Position numbers and translations under genes: made by a program. The notes beneath the pieces are model-generated. The model was given only the letters and a program-made list of their open reading frames with translations, did not search any database and was not told the origin of the DNA. Positions 7,864 to 16,724 of a stretch of 32,000 bases of DNA are shown piece after piece; within the stretch, counting starts at the first letter, position 1; every line of letters begins with the position of its first letter. This DNA is from Candidatus Methanoperedens sp. Its GTDB lineage: Archaea; Halobacteriota; Methanosarcinia; Methanosarcinales; Methanoperedenaceae. Location of the stretch: the NCBI GenBank assembly GCA_027460535.1, contig JAPZAR010000005.1, positions 1 through 32,000 on the forward strand, read 5' to 3'.

Positions 7864-8728
7864 GAAACCTGAAAGCATGTACAGAAGATCCCTTCAGCTG
7901 ACCGCGAGGATATTGAAGGACACTCCAAGATTATTAAGGGATAAAAGCGAGAGTAAGAACAAAGATGTGAAACCCCCCGTCAGAACAGAACCGCCAGCCG
8001 TACAGCCTCCGCAGCAGAAAAAAGAGATCACACCTCCTGCAATAAGGGCCTATTCTGATAGACCAGCCGAAATAGGCAAAGCCGTGCCAATACCGATATT
8101 ACAGTCCCGGGATGGCGATCTGTATCAGAAGCTTTCGAAGGAGATCATTTTTTCCGACACCGAAAAAGTGGTTTCAATAATCCTTGATCCTTCAATGATA
8201 TTGAAGGTTGACCTTGCGCTTCTGCAGATATTATATGGGAAAGGGATGAAAGGAATAATAATCTGCGCCGGGAGACCCGCTGATTCCTATATCAAGTTGT
8301 TGCGGAGCACCGGGTTAAATCCGGATTCTCTGGTCTATATAGATACTCTGACTTATTCCTCCAAGAAGAAAGATGATACACAGAGCACAAGACCAGTATT
8401 GCGCCAGTCCTTCTATTACCAGGAGAAACAGAATATAAAATTAGTACCACATCCTTCAGATTTTACGGCTATAGACGTGGCCTTCAGCCAGGCAGTGAAA
8501 GAACTTTTAGCGGATAACGAAGAAGAGCGGCTATTCCTTCTTATTGATGGTATTGCATCCCATCAATTGTACGTAAAACCATCTGCATTGGGCGCATTTA
8601 TCCATATACTGGTGTCTAAAGCCAGGAGCTGCGATATATTTACAGCCCTGCTCCTGTCCGAAGGCGTTGATCCGATTCTCATCAATACGATAAAAACGTT
8701 CAGCGATAAAATAGTTTCAATAAAATAA
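7856..8728 (+). CDS. Hypothetical protein: Pro-rich N-terminal linker plus a possible motif-less KaiC/RecA-like domain
   Basis: The ATG at 7856 overlaps the upstream stop (ATGACTGA), which suggests coupled translation. The ORF track's start at 7811 would overlap by 53 nt. There is no Walker A: IIICAGRPADSY occupies that position. The C-terminal half (LFLLIDGI..FIHILVSKARSCDIFTALLLSEG..FSDKIVSI) parallels the Walker-B-to-C-terminus layout of the two upstream genes. The fold assignment is an inference. Confidence 0.45.
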   Translation: MTEKPESMYRRSLQLTARILKDTPRLLRDKSESKNKDVKPPVRTEPPAVQPPQQKKEITPPAIRAYSDRPAEIGKAVPIPILQSRDGDLYQKLSKEIIFSDTEKVVSIILDPSMILKVDLALLQILYGKGMKGIIICAGRPADSYIKLLRSTGLNPDSLVYIDTLTYSSKKKDDTQSTRPVLRQSFYYQEKQNIKLVPHPSDFTAIDVAFSQAVKELLADNEEERLFLLIDGIASHQLYVKPSALGAFIHILVSKARSCDIFTALLLSEGVDPILINTIKTFSDKIVSIK

Positions 8729-8747
8729 TAAATTGGTTGGGGCATTA

Positions 8748-10655
8748 ATGAATGTAAAGAATTATGTATTGAAGGTACTGGAGATCATACTGCCGGTCTT
8801 CTTTATGGGATATTTCCTTGAATCGTTCAGTCATGTTTCATCTGCCCTGGGAGCTTATTTTGAAATCACAACACAGTTGCTGCCGCTTGTCATGTCTTTT
8901 TCTATCTTTGTGATAACATGGTATGCGTTTAATAAAAGCATGGATAATCATTCCCTTTTCCTTGGGGCGGTTTTTTTTTGCATCGGGCTTCTTGACGTGT
9001 ATCATTTACTCTCATATCCGTTTATGCCAGCTTTTCTCACCCCAAATTCACTTGAGAAGGGGGCAAAATTCGCAATTGTGGCAATGATGGTTTCTGCCCT
9101 TCTGTTTTTTGCAAGTGTGTTCATACATAAGAACAGTTATCCTGGTCTCATTAACAAGACGTTCCTGTTCGTCATGGTAGTCGCCATTTCATTTATATCC
9201 CTTATGATGGTATTATTTTTCCCGGATTATCTTCCTGCAATGCTTGACCGTGACGGTGGTCCTTCTTCAGGATTTTTGTTGATCCAATTTCTTGCGTCAG
9301 CGATCATAGTTTATGCAGGTTACCTATATGCAATCAGACTTAGAGAAACAGATCAGAAGAACATACTTTGTTTATTGTACGGCTTTGCTGTTTTTATTTC
9401 CAGTTATCTTGTCTACCCCTATCATGGCTATTCGGGGCACTTACTGAAGGCAGCGGGTTTCTACTTTATTTATCTCGCCCTGTATAAGTCCTCCGTAGAA
9501 GAACCGTTCAAGGAGGAGACGCGGGCTGAGTCAAAGCTTCGCTATGCAGCGGAGGAGAGGTACCGGTACATGGTCGACAATGCCAACGATGCCATCATTA
9601 CCACTGACCTCGAAGGCAGGATTACTTCATGGAACCGGAGCGCCGAGAATATTTTGGGACGAACTGTTAAGGAGGCGATGGGCGCTAAGCTCGCATGGTT
9701 GACCGTTCCCCAGGATATGCAAAGCGAGTTCGGACGGATCATTAATATTGTCATGTCGGGCGGGATAGTTTCGGGATTTGAAACAGTGCTCCAGCGAAAA
9801 GATGGGATAAGGATGAACGTAAGTTTGACAGTTTCTCCCTTGAGGGATGCAAACAATGAAATGATAGGTCTATCGTGTATTATCCGAGATATAACGGATC
9901 GCCTTCAGGCTGAAATGATACGGGAAGAAAATCTGCGACTTTCAGTCACTATCAAGGCGAAATCCGAATTCTTGACTTTAATGAGCCATGACCTGGGAAC
10001 ACCATTAAACGCGATGATTGGTTTTTCGGAGCTCCTGAAACAGGGCATACCCGGGAATTTGAATAAAAAACAGGAGCAGTATGTGGAAAATGTCATCACA
10101 AGCTCAAAGCGCATGCTTGATATTATTAACGATATTCTCGACCTTGGCAGGGCGGAAACTGGAAAAATAGATCTTGTCATAGAAAAGATCCCGGTCCCGC
10201 AGACCATCGAGGAGACAATAAACCTCTTGAAAGAAAAAGGAACAAAGCATAATGTTGAGATGAAAAGGGAATTCGATCCCGAACTGGAATTTATTGAGGC
10301 AGACAGGCAGAGATTCAAGCAGATTCTGTTCAACCTGGCGAGCAATGCGGTAAAATATAGTAAGAAAGAGGGGGGAACTGTAACCTTAACAACGAAAAAA
10401 GAAAAAGACATGGCGAGAATCTCGGTCTCGGATACCGGAGTCGGGATCAAGGATGAAGACATGGAGAAACTCTTCAAGCCATTCGAGCAGCTTGATTTAG
10501 GCATCTCAAGTACATACGGAAGCACCGGTCTTGGTCTTGTGATAACAAAGAAGCTTGTGGAACTTCATGGCGGAAAGATCATGGTGGAGAGCAAATGGGG
10601 AGAAGGAACCACGTTTACATTCTGGCTTCCGATCACAGCGAGGAGACCGGTCTGA
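8748..10655 (+). CDS. Membrane sensor histidine kinase: polytopic N-terminal domain, one PAS, HisKA, HATPase_c
   Basis: It has about 7-8 hydrophobic segments, then a PAS domain (YRYMVDNANDAIITTDLEGRITSWN). The H box is MSHDLGTPLNAMIGFSELL, the N box FNLASNAVKYS, G1 DTGVGI and G2 GSTGLGLVITKKL. The ATG at 8748 is preferred over the TTG at 8733. Confidence 0.85.
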   Translation: MNVKNYVLKVLEIILPVFFMGYFLESFSHVSSALGAYFEITTQLLPLVMSFSIFVITWYAFNKSMDNHSLFLGAVFFCIGLLDVYHLLSYPFMPAFLTPNSLEKGAKFAIVAMMVSALLFFASVFIHKNSYPGLINKTFLFVMVVAISFISLMMVLFFPDYLPAMLDRDGGPSSGFLLIQFLASAIIVYAGYLYAIRLRETDQKNILCLLYGFAVFISSYLVYPYHGYSGHLLKAAGFYFIYLALYKSSVEEPFKEETRAESKLRYAAEERYRYMVDNANDAIITTDLEGRITSWNRSAENILGRTVKEAMGAKLAWLTVPQDMQSEFGRIINIVMSGGIVSGFETVLQRKDGIRMNVSLTVSPLRDANNEMIGLSCIIRDITDRLQAEMIREENLRLSVTIKAKSEFLTLMSHDLGTPLNAMIGFSELLKQGIPGNLNKKQEQYVENVITSSKRMLDIINDILDLGRAETGKIDLVIEKIPVPQTIEETINLLKEKGTKHNVEMKREFDPELEFIEADRQRFKQILFNLASNAVKYSKKEGGTVTLTTKKEKDMARISVSDTGVGIKDEDMEKLFKPFEQLDLGISSTYGSTGLGLVITKKLVELHGGKIMVESKWGEGTTFTFWLPITARRPV

Positions 10656-10665
10656 AAATGTGAAT

Positions 10666-10679
10666 ATGATAATTATCAT
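10666..10679. promoter_or_regulatory. Perfect palindrome ATGATAA-TTATCAT (candidate operator)
   Basis: I verified it by reverse-complementing. It lies 8 nt upstream of the TATA box of the first receiver gene. Confidence 0.3.
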
Positions 10680-10686
10680 GGACAAG

Positions 10687-10694
10687 TTTATATA
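10687..10694 (+). promoter_or_regulatory. TATA box TTTATATA for the first receiver gene
   Basis: It ends 25 nt upstream of the ATG at 10720. The same octamer recurs upstream of two other receiver genes (11611 and 14322). Confidence 0.5.
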
Positions 10695-10719
10695 GCGTAT
10701 GACACCAAATTAGTATAAA

Positions 10720-11076
10720 ATGGCCAAGGTACTGGTGGTCGAGGACAATCCTTTGAACATGGAACTGGTGCTCGAGGTACTCGGGGTGCACGGCATAATA
10801 GCTCATGAGGCTAACGATGGGGAAGAAGCTGTCATAAAAGCAGAAAAAGAAGATTTTGATTTGATACTTATGGACATCGAGCTGCCTAAAATGGATGGCG
10901 TGGAAGCGACAAGAATAATTAAGAGTAAAAATAAAAACGTACCTATAATTGCTTTAACCTCGTATGCAATGAAAGGGGATAAGGAACGCTTCCTTGCTGC
11001 CGGCTTTAATGAGTATATGTCAAAGCCCATTGAGATTTCCGAATTCCTTAGAAGATTGGAAAAATACTGCTTTTAG
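10720..11076 (+). CDS. Stand-alone CheY-like receiver protein (RR1)
   Basis: It has the acidic pocket VVEDNP, the phospho-acceptor LILMDIELP, the conserved Thr in ALTSYA and the conserved Lys in MSKPI. There is no output domain. Confidence 0.9.
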   Translation: MAKVLVVEDNPLNMELVLEVLGVHGIIAHEANDGEEAVIKAEKEDFDLILMDIELPKMDGVEATRIIKSKNKNVPIIALTSYAMKGDKERFLAAGFNEYMSKPIEISEFLRRLEKYCF

Positions 11077-11112
11077 TTGAGGAACTTGAGTCGAAAGAAA
11101 AAGGAATAAAAA

Positions 11113-11475
11113 ATGATAAAAGTACTCGTTGTTGAAGATAATCCACTTAACATGGAGCTGGTACTTGAGATACTGGAAACACACGGCTTTGCTGCCGATA
11201 AAGCGGAGGATGGAGAAAAAGCTATTGAAAAAATGGAAAACGAAAACTATGACCTGATACTCATGGATATAGAACTTCCAGGCAAAGATGGAGTTGAAGT
11301 GACAAAGATTATTAAAGAGAAGTATAAGAAAACTCCTGTAATTGCTTTGACCTCATATGCAATGAAAGGGGATAAAGAACGCTTCCTTGCTGCCGGCTTT
11401 GACGAGTACATGTCAAAACCCATAGATATCTCTGAATTTATGAAGCGGTTGAAAAAATATTGCGGTGAAAAATAA
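11113..11475 (+). CDS. Stand-alone CheY-like receiver protein (RR2)
   Basis: It has the same motif set as RR1 ([43 protein letters not shown]). Confidence 0.9.
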   Translation: MIKVLVVEDNPLNMELVLEILETHGFAADKAEDGEKAIEKMENENYDLILMDIELPGKDGVEVTKIIKEKYKKTPVIALTSYAMKGDKERFLAAGFDEYMSKPIDISEFMKRLKKYCGEK

Positions 11476-11610
11476 GTAAAGCTGTGCAAATTTCTTCTCA
11501 TGACGACCCGTAGTATGAATCTTAAATTTCTATAATATTATGAACTATCTTTATTTTTGTTAATGAGCGAAAAACAATATTGGATATTAAGTTCATGGGC
11601 TAAAGACAGC

Positions 11611-11618
11611 TTTATATA
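11611..11618 (+). promoter_or_regulatory. TATA box TTTATATA for the third receiver gene
   Basis: It ends 30 nt upstream of the ATG at 11648, in a 172-nt AT-rich gap. Confidence 0.45.
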
Positions 11619-11647
11619 ACTCATCATACTAATAATTACAATAACAA

Positions 11648-12004
11648 ATGATGAAAGTACTTGTTGTAGAAGACAATCCCCTCAACATGGAACTGGTGCT
11701 TGAGATTCTTATTATGAACGATGTGATTCACGATAAGGCACTGGATGGGAAAGAGGCTGTAAGGAAAGCGGAAAAACAGTCCTATGATTTGATCCTCATG
11801 GACATCGAACTCCCGGGAATTGATGGGGTCGAAGCGGCGAAAATAATTAAAAATAAATCTAAAAATGTTCCTATTATTGCTCTGACCTCGTATGCGATGA
11901 AGGGCGACAGGGAACGGTTCCTGGAAGCAGGCTTTGATGATTACATATCAAAACCTCTTGATCTGGGCGAATTTCTTAAAAAATTGGAGAAATACAGGAA
12001 GTAG
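11648..12004 (+). CDS. Stand-alone CheY-like receiver protein (RR3)
   Basis: It carries VVEDNP, LILMDIELPGIDG, ALTSYAMKGDRERFLEAGF and ISKPL. It ends 6 nt before the HK2 start. Confidence 0.9.
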   Translation: MMKVLVVEDNPLNMELVLEILIMNDVIHDKALDGKEAVRKAEKQSYDLILMDIELPGIDGVEAAKIIKNKSKNVPIIALTSYAMKGDRERFLEAGFDDYISKPLDLGEFLKKLEKYRK

Positions 12005-12010
12005 CGGAAC

Positions 12011-14314
12011 ATGAAGCAAGAATTAAAATTGTTGATAATCGTGGTGTCCGTTTTCCTTCTGGGATACTTTTTCGAGCAGGCGATAAACGCCTCTGGAATC
12101 TCCAATTCTGTAGAAAATACAGTTGAACTCTTCTCCGAGCTTTTCTCGGTGTTCGTGGCATTTTCGATTTTTGCCATAACATGGCATGCATATAATAATA
12201 GCAAGGATAACCATTCTCTATTCCTGGGTTCGGCATTCCTGGTTGTCGGGCTGCTGTGCCTGTTCCATACGCTCTCTTATCCTTTTATGCCCGAGTTCAT
12301 AACACCAAATTCCTCTCATAAAGCGGCTATTTTCTTTATTGAGTCACGGCTCATCCTGGCGCTGTCTTTTCTCATCAGCGTGGATATTTATAAGGATACG
12401 TTTCCAGGATTGATTAACAGGCGTGTACTGATATTTTCAGCAATTGCGTTATCTCTCATCTCACTCGCTTTCATTATCCTATATCAAGACAATCTGTTTG
12501 CAGGGTATGAACCTGGGAACGGTTATTCGCCAGAAATGGTGTTCATATCTGGCATGATCATAGTAATCATCTTATACACAGGTTATCTGTATAATAAGAG
12601 AATAAGGGAAACCGGGCAAAATAACTTGACCCTTTTAATAGACGGTTCTATTGTCGTGGCTCTTAGCAATCTTGTGTATTTCTCTTATGGGTTTTCCGGG
12701 CATTTCCTTATTATAACGGGTTTCCTGTTGATGTATATAGCTCTTTACAAATCATCCGTAGAATTGCCCTATGAAAAGCTGTCCATTGCAGAGGAGAAGC
12801 TTTACCATGCAGCCGAGGACAGGTATCGAAATTTGTTCGATAATGCCAGCGATGCAATAATAACAATTGACCTTGATGAGAACATCACCTCATGGAATAA
12901 TGCGGCTGAAAAAATATTCGGATGGGCTGCGCAGGAAGCGATAGGGAAAAAATTGTCAAATTTGATCTTTCCAGCAAGTGAAGAGAACAAGAAGAATACG
13001 ATAATCAGATGCATCAAAGCCGGAGAGGCGATTTTAGGAATTGATGCAGTGACTCTGCGTAAAGACGGGAGAGAAGTCTATATGAGTATGACGGTCTCCC
13101 CCTTACGAGATGCAAACCAGAAGGTAATCGGCATGGCAGGTATAATGAGGGACGTCACCGAGCGGCGGCTGACGGAAGAAAAACTGGCGCAATCTGAAGA
13201 AAAATACCGAAATCTAATCGACAATATCCAGGATGGCGTCTTTATTGTCCAGGATGCTAAAATCCAGCTTGCAAACGAGGCGTTTGCCAAAATTGGAGGG
13301 TACACGGTGAACGAGGTAATCGGAAAGGATTTCAGGGACTTTGTCGCGCCGGAAGATCTGGAAATGGTTGAAAACAATTATGCACGGAGGCTCGCAGGAG
13401 GGAATGTCCCCAAAGAATATGAATTCAGGATACGGCACAGGGATGGGAAGACAGGGGTCATTGTAAATATGAACGTGGGACTTATTGGGTATCGTGACAG
13501 GATGGCAATTATGGGGACCTTGAAAGATATCACAGAGCGCAAGAAAGCAGAGGACGTGCGCATTGAAAACGTGCGCCTCACGCTTGCCAACAAAGCCAAG
13601 AGCGAGTTCCTGGCGACCATGAGCCATGAGCTTCGGACGCCTTTGAATTCCATAATCGGCTTCTCAGAACTCTTGAAGCAGGGAGCGCATGGTGCATTGA
13701 ATGAGAAACAGGAGCACTATGCGAATAACGTTCTTACAAGCGGAAAACACCTGCTCAACCTTATAGATGATATTCTTGACATCTCCAAAGTGGAGGCGGG
13801 GAAGATGGATATCTTTATCGAGAAGATGTCAGTGCCCGAAACCATAAATGAAACTTTGGAGCTCGTGAAAGAAAAAGCAAGCAAGCAGAGTGTAGTTGTT
13901 AAAAAGGAATTTGATCCGGAACTGGACTTCATAGAGGCTGACAGGCAGAAATTCAAACAGATCCTCTTCAACCTGCTCAACAATGCAGTGAAATTCAGCA
14001 AGAATGACGGAGGTACTGTCACGGTAACAACCAAAAAAGATGGAGATAAGGCGAGGTTCTCGATTTCTGACACGGGTATAGGAATAAAAGACGAACACAT
14101 TGAAAGACTCTTCAAGACGTTCGAGCAGCTTGATTCCGGGATATCCAGAAACTATGGGGGAACAGGACTTGGGCTTGCGATTTCAAAGAAGCTCGTGGAA
14201 CTGCATGGCGGTGAAATCTGGGTAGAGAGCAGATATGGAGAGGGAACCACGGTTACGTTCCTGCTGCCTGTAGCCTCGAAAGCAGATGAAACCAAATTAA
14301 CAATTGCAGGATGA
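12011..14314 (+). CDS. Membrane sensor histidine kinase: polytopic N-terminal domain, two PAS, HisKA, HATPase_c (paralogue of HK1)
   Basis: The membrane domain is paralogous to HK1 (NHSLFLGSAFLVVGLLCLFHTLSYPFMPEFITPNS versus NHSLFLGAVFFCIGLLDVYHLLSYPFMPAFLTPNS). The two PAS domains start at YRNLFDNASDAIITIDL and YRNLIDNIQDGVFIV. The H box is MSHELRTPLNSIIGFSELL. N, G1 and G2 boxes are present. Confidence 0.88.
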   Translation: MKQELKLLIIVVSVFLLGYFFEQAINASGISNSVENTVELFSELFSVFVAFSIFAITWHAYNNSKDNHSLFLGSAFLVVGLLCLFHTLSYPFMPEFITPNSSHKAAIFFIESRLILALSFLISVDIYKDTFPGLINRRVLIFSAIALSLISLAFIILYQDNLFAGYEPGNGYSPEMVFISGMIIVIILYTGYLYNKRIRETGQNNLTLLIDGSIVVALSNLVYFSYGFSGHFLIITGFLLMYIALYKSSVELPYEKLSIAEEKLYHAAEDRYRNLFDNASDAIITIDLDENITSWNNAAEKIFGWAAQEAIGKKLSNLIFPASEENKKNTIIRCIKAGEAILGIDAVTLRKDGREVYMSMTVSPLRDANQKVIGMAGIMRDVTERRLTEEKLAQSEEKYRNLIDNIQDGVFIVQDAKIQLANEAFAKIGGYTVNEVIGKDFRDFVAPEDLEMVENNYARRLAGGNVPKEYEFRIRHRDGKTGVIVNMNVGLIGYRDRMAIMGTLKDITERKKAEDVRIENVRLTLANKAKSEFLATMSHELRTPLNSIIGFSELLKQGAHGALNEKQEHYANNVLTSGKHLLNLIDDILDISKVEAGKMDIFIEKMSVPETINETLELVKEKASKQSVVVKKEFDPELDFIEADRQKFKQILFNLLNNAVKFSKNDGGTVTVTTKKDGDKARFSISDTGIGIKDEHIERLFKTFEQLDSGISRNYGGTGLGLAISKKLVELHGGEIWVESRYGEGTTVTFLLPVASKADETKLTIAG

Positions 14315-14321
14315 AGACAAC

Positions 14322-14329
14322 TTTATATA
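14322..14329 (+). promoter_or_regulatory. TATA box TTTATATA for the fourth receiver gene
   Basis: It ends 26 nt upstream of the ATG at 14355. It lies only 5 nt from the ORF-track start at 14334, which argues against that start. Confidence 0.45.
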
Positions 14330-14354
14330 TTAAATGATACTAATGATTACAATG

Positions 14355-14723
14355 ATGACAAAGGTGCTCGTTGTTGAAGACACCCCTCTGAACTTGGAGC
14401 TGGTGCTTGAGATACTCGATGAGCAGGGTTTCACTGCCGACAGGGCGGAGGATGGGGAAGAAGCCATCAAGAAAACAGAGAAACAGGTCTATGACCTTAT
14501 TCTTATGGATATCGCGCTGCCAGGAATGGACGGAGTTGATGCTGCAACGATAATCAAACAAAGACCTGAATATAAGAAAGTGCCTGTGGTGGCTTTGACC
14601 GCATTTGCAATGAAAGGGGACAAGGAAAGACTGCTCGATGCGGGTTTTGATGATTACATATCAAAACCCATTGATGTGCCTGAATTCATAAGGAAGATAC
14701 AGAAATATAAAGGGGCAACCTAG
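14355..14723 (+). CDS. Stand-alone CheY-like receiver protein (RR4)
   Basis: [21 protein letters not shown] aligns with the N-termini of RR1-3. It carries [32 protein letters not shown] and ISKPI. Confidence 0.88.
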   Translation: MTKVLVVEDTPLNLELVLEILDEQGFTADRAEDGEEAIKKTEKQVYDLILMDIALPGMDGVDAATIIKQRPEYKKVPVVALTAFAMKGDKERLLDAGFDDYISKPIDVPEFIRKIQKYKGAT

Positions 14724-14724
14724 A

Positions 14725-15468
14725 GTGACCAAATCGAGAATACTTGTTGTGGACGATGAGCAGCTGAATGCTGAACTTCTCGAAGGGATGCTCTCCAGTG
14801 AATATGATGTTGTGACGGCATTTGATGGAAATGAAGCATTGGGCAAGGTTGAAACAAGCCTCCCTGATCTTATTCTCTTGGATGTAATGATGCCTGGCAT
14901 GAACGGCTACGAGGTGTGCAGGAAAATCAAAGCCAATGAGAGAACCATGTCTCTTCCTGTTGTAATGGTAACCGCCCTGAAGGAGAAGGAAGACAGGATA
15001 AGAGCTATAGAAGCAGGTGCGGACGACTTTCTTTCCAAGCCAATAGATATGCATGAATTGAGTGCACGGGTAAGGTCGCTCCTTAAGATCAAGCAGTACC
15101 ATGATGCTTTGACAGCGGAGCAGGAAAAGCTCCTCATATTCAAGTCGGCTCTAGACAGCATGGACGATTGTGTGATAATTACCAGCACAAGCGGCGATGT
15201 GAGATTTGTCAACCCCGCGTTTGAACGCAGGTTCGGATATCCGCTTTCGGAGATAGGCGGGAAGCATGTCAGCATAATCCGGCATCCGGAAAGTACGCTC
15301 TCACTTGACAGGGAGAGCCTTATGCAGGATTCAAGGCATGAGTGGAAAGGGAATCTGGTAGGGGTAAACAGGCATGGGCTCAAACTTAATATGGGCATTA
15401 AATGCTCCCCGATAATAAAGGAAAAGCGCCAGATAAATCTGGTATTCGTTCTGAGGGAAAAGGCGTGA
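14725..15468 (+). CDS. Response regulator with receiver plus PAS domain (no DNA-binding output)
   Basis: A GTG start lies 2 nt after the RR4 stop. The receiver carries [26 protein letters not shown] and LSKPI. A PAS-like segment follows ([30 protein letters not shown]). Confidence 0.85.
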   Translation: MTKSRILVVDDEQLNAELLEGMLSSEYDVVTAFDGNEALGKVETSLPDLILLDVMMPGMNGYEVCRKIKANERTMSLPVVMVTALKEKEDRIRAIEAGADDFLSKPIDMHELSARVRSLLKIKQYHDALTAEQEKLLIFKSALDSMDDCVIITSTSGDVRFVNPAFERRFGYPLSEIGGKHVSIIRHPESTLSLDRESLMQDSRHEWKGNLVGVNRHGLKLNMGIKCSPIIKEKRQINLVFVLREKA

Positions 15469-15504
15469 AAAGAAAAATCTCTCCAATAAGGATGTTGTAG
15501 CAAG

Positions 15505-16713
15505 ATGAAAAACGATGACAGGCCAAAATCTAAGCTCATAAATGAATGTGTGGAGTTGCGCCGAAAGGTTGCTAAATTGGAAGACAGAGAAGCCAGGCTG
15601 AATGAGGCCAAAGAAGCGGTATTTGAAAGTGAAGAGCTCTATCGCGTGCTTGTAGAGCTTACACCGGATGCGATCATCGTCCACAGCGGCGGGAGGATCG
15701 TTTTCACGAATCCGGCCGGTGCAAAGCTTCTCGGAGCAAGAGGTTCCAAACAACTCATAGGTAAACCGATACATGATTTTTTGATTTTCTGGAAAGTCGA
15801 TGCGAATAAGAAGGATCAAAGGAAAGACGTATTCAATATTGAAGAAAAACTCAGGAGACTCGACGGTAGAGAGATTATGGTAGAGGTAACAGCTAGTCCT
15901 TTCATATATAAGGGAAAGCCTGCGGTCCAGGCCGTGCTTTCGGATATCACGGAAAAGAAAAATGCAGAGGACATGCGCCTCGAAAACGAGCGCCTCATGT
16001 ATTCGAACAAAGCAAAATCAGAGTTCCTCGCATGCGTAAGCCATGATCTTCGCACTCCCTTGAATTCGATAATGGGTTTTTCCGACCTCATGAAGCAGAA
16101 AACTGCGGGAGAACTGAACCAGAAGCAGGAGCGCTATATGGATAACATCCTCACAAGCAGCAAATTCCTGCTTGAGCTCATAAATAATATTCTTGACCTG
16201 TCCAGGATAGAAGCCGGGAAAATTGAACTCATTATAGAAAAGTTCGAGGTTAACAGGGCAATAAATGAAATAGCAGTTCTCCTTAAAGAGAAAACATCGA
16301 GGCGTAATATAATTCTTGAGAAAGATTTCGATCCGGAACTTGAGTTCATCGAGGGTGATAAGCAGCGGTTCAAGCAGATCTTTTTTAACCTCCTCGGGAA
16401 TGCTATAAAATTCAGCAAGGAAAAAGGGGGAACAGTGACCATCAGAACAATGAAGAATGGCGATATGGCGCATTTCTCGGTATCCGATACCGGTATAGGG
16501 ATCAAGCAGAAGGATATTTGCAAACTGTTCACGAATTTCCAGCAGTTAAGACCTGATATATCCCAAAAATACGGGGGCACCGGGCTTGGGCTCTCTATTA
16601 CGAAGCAGCTGGTGGAATTGCATGGGGGAAAAATAATGGTCGAGAGCAAATACGGCAGCTTATCTGGGGTTTTATATTATCAGAGTGTTGGCAATTACAC
16701 ATTAGGAGATTAG
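15505..16713 (+). CDS. Soluble PAS histidine kinase with an aberrant C-terminal tail (HK3)
   Basis: It has a coiled-coil N-terminus and a PAS domain (LYRVLVELTPDAIIVHSGGRIVFTNPAG). The H box is VSHDLRTPLNSIMGFSDLM, the N box FNLLGNAIKFS, G1 DTGIGI and G2 GGTGLGLSITKQL. After ..VESKYG the conserved GEGTTxTFxLP strand seen in HK1 and HK2 is replaced by SLSGVLYYQSVGNYTLGD. Confidence 0.85.
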   Translation: MKNDDRPKSKLINECVELRRKVAKLEDREARLNEAKEAVFESEELYRVLVELTPDAIIVHSGGRIVFTNPAGAKLLGARGSKQLIGKPIHDFLIFWKVDANKKDQRKDVFNIEEKLRRLDGREIMVEVTASPFIYKGKPAVQAVLSDITEKKNAEDMRLENERLMYSNKAKSEFLACVSHDLRTPLNSIMGFSDLMKQKTAGELNQKQERYMDNILTSSKFLLELINNILDLSRIEAGKIELIIEKFEVNRAINEIAVLLKEKTSRRNIILEKDFDPELEFIEGDKQRFKQIFFNLLGNAIKFSKEKGGTVTIRTMKNGDMAHFSVSDTGIGIKQKDICKLFTNFQQLRPDISQKYGGTGLGLSITKQLVELHGGKIMVESKYGSLSGVLYYQSVGNYTLGD

Positions 16714-16724
16714 CCATAATCATT

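Noticed and set aside
9905-10525. Long antisense ORFs inside the kinase and regulator genes. Examples are 9905-10525, 13717-14115, 14907-15611 and 16134-16649 on the minus strand.
   Set aside because: Each lies fully inside a plus-strand gene with unmistakable HisKA, HATPase_c or receiver motifs. Their translations are low-complexity Ser/Leu/Phe-rich mirror frames with no recognisable domains.
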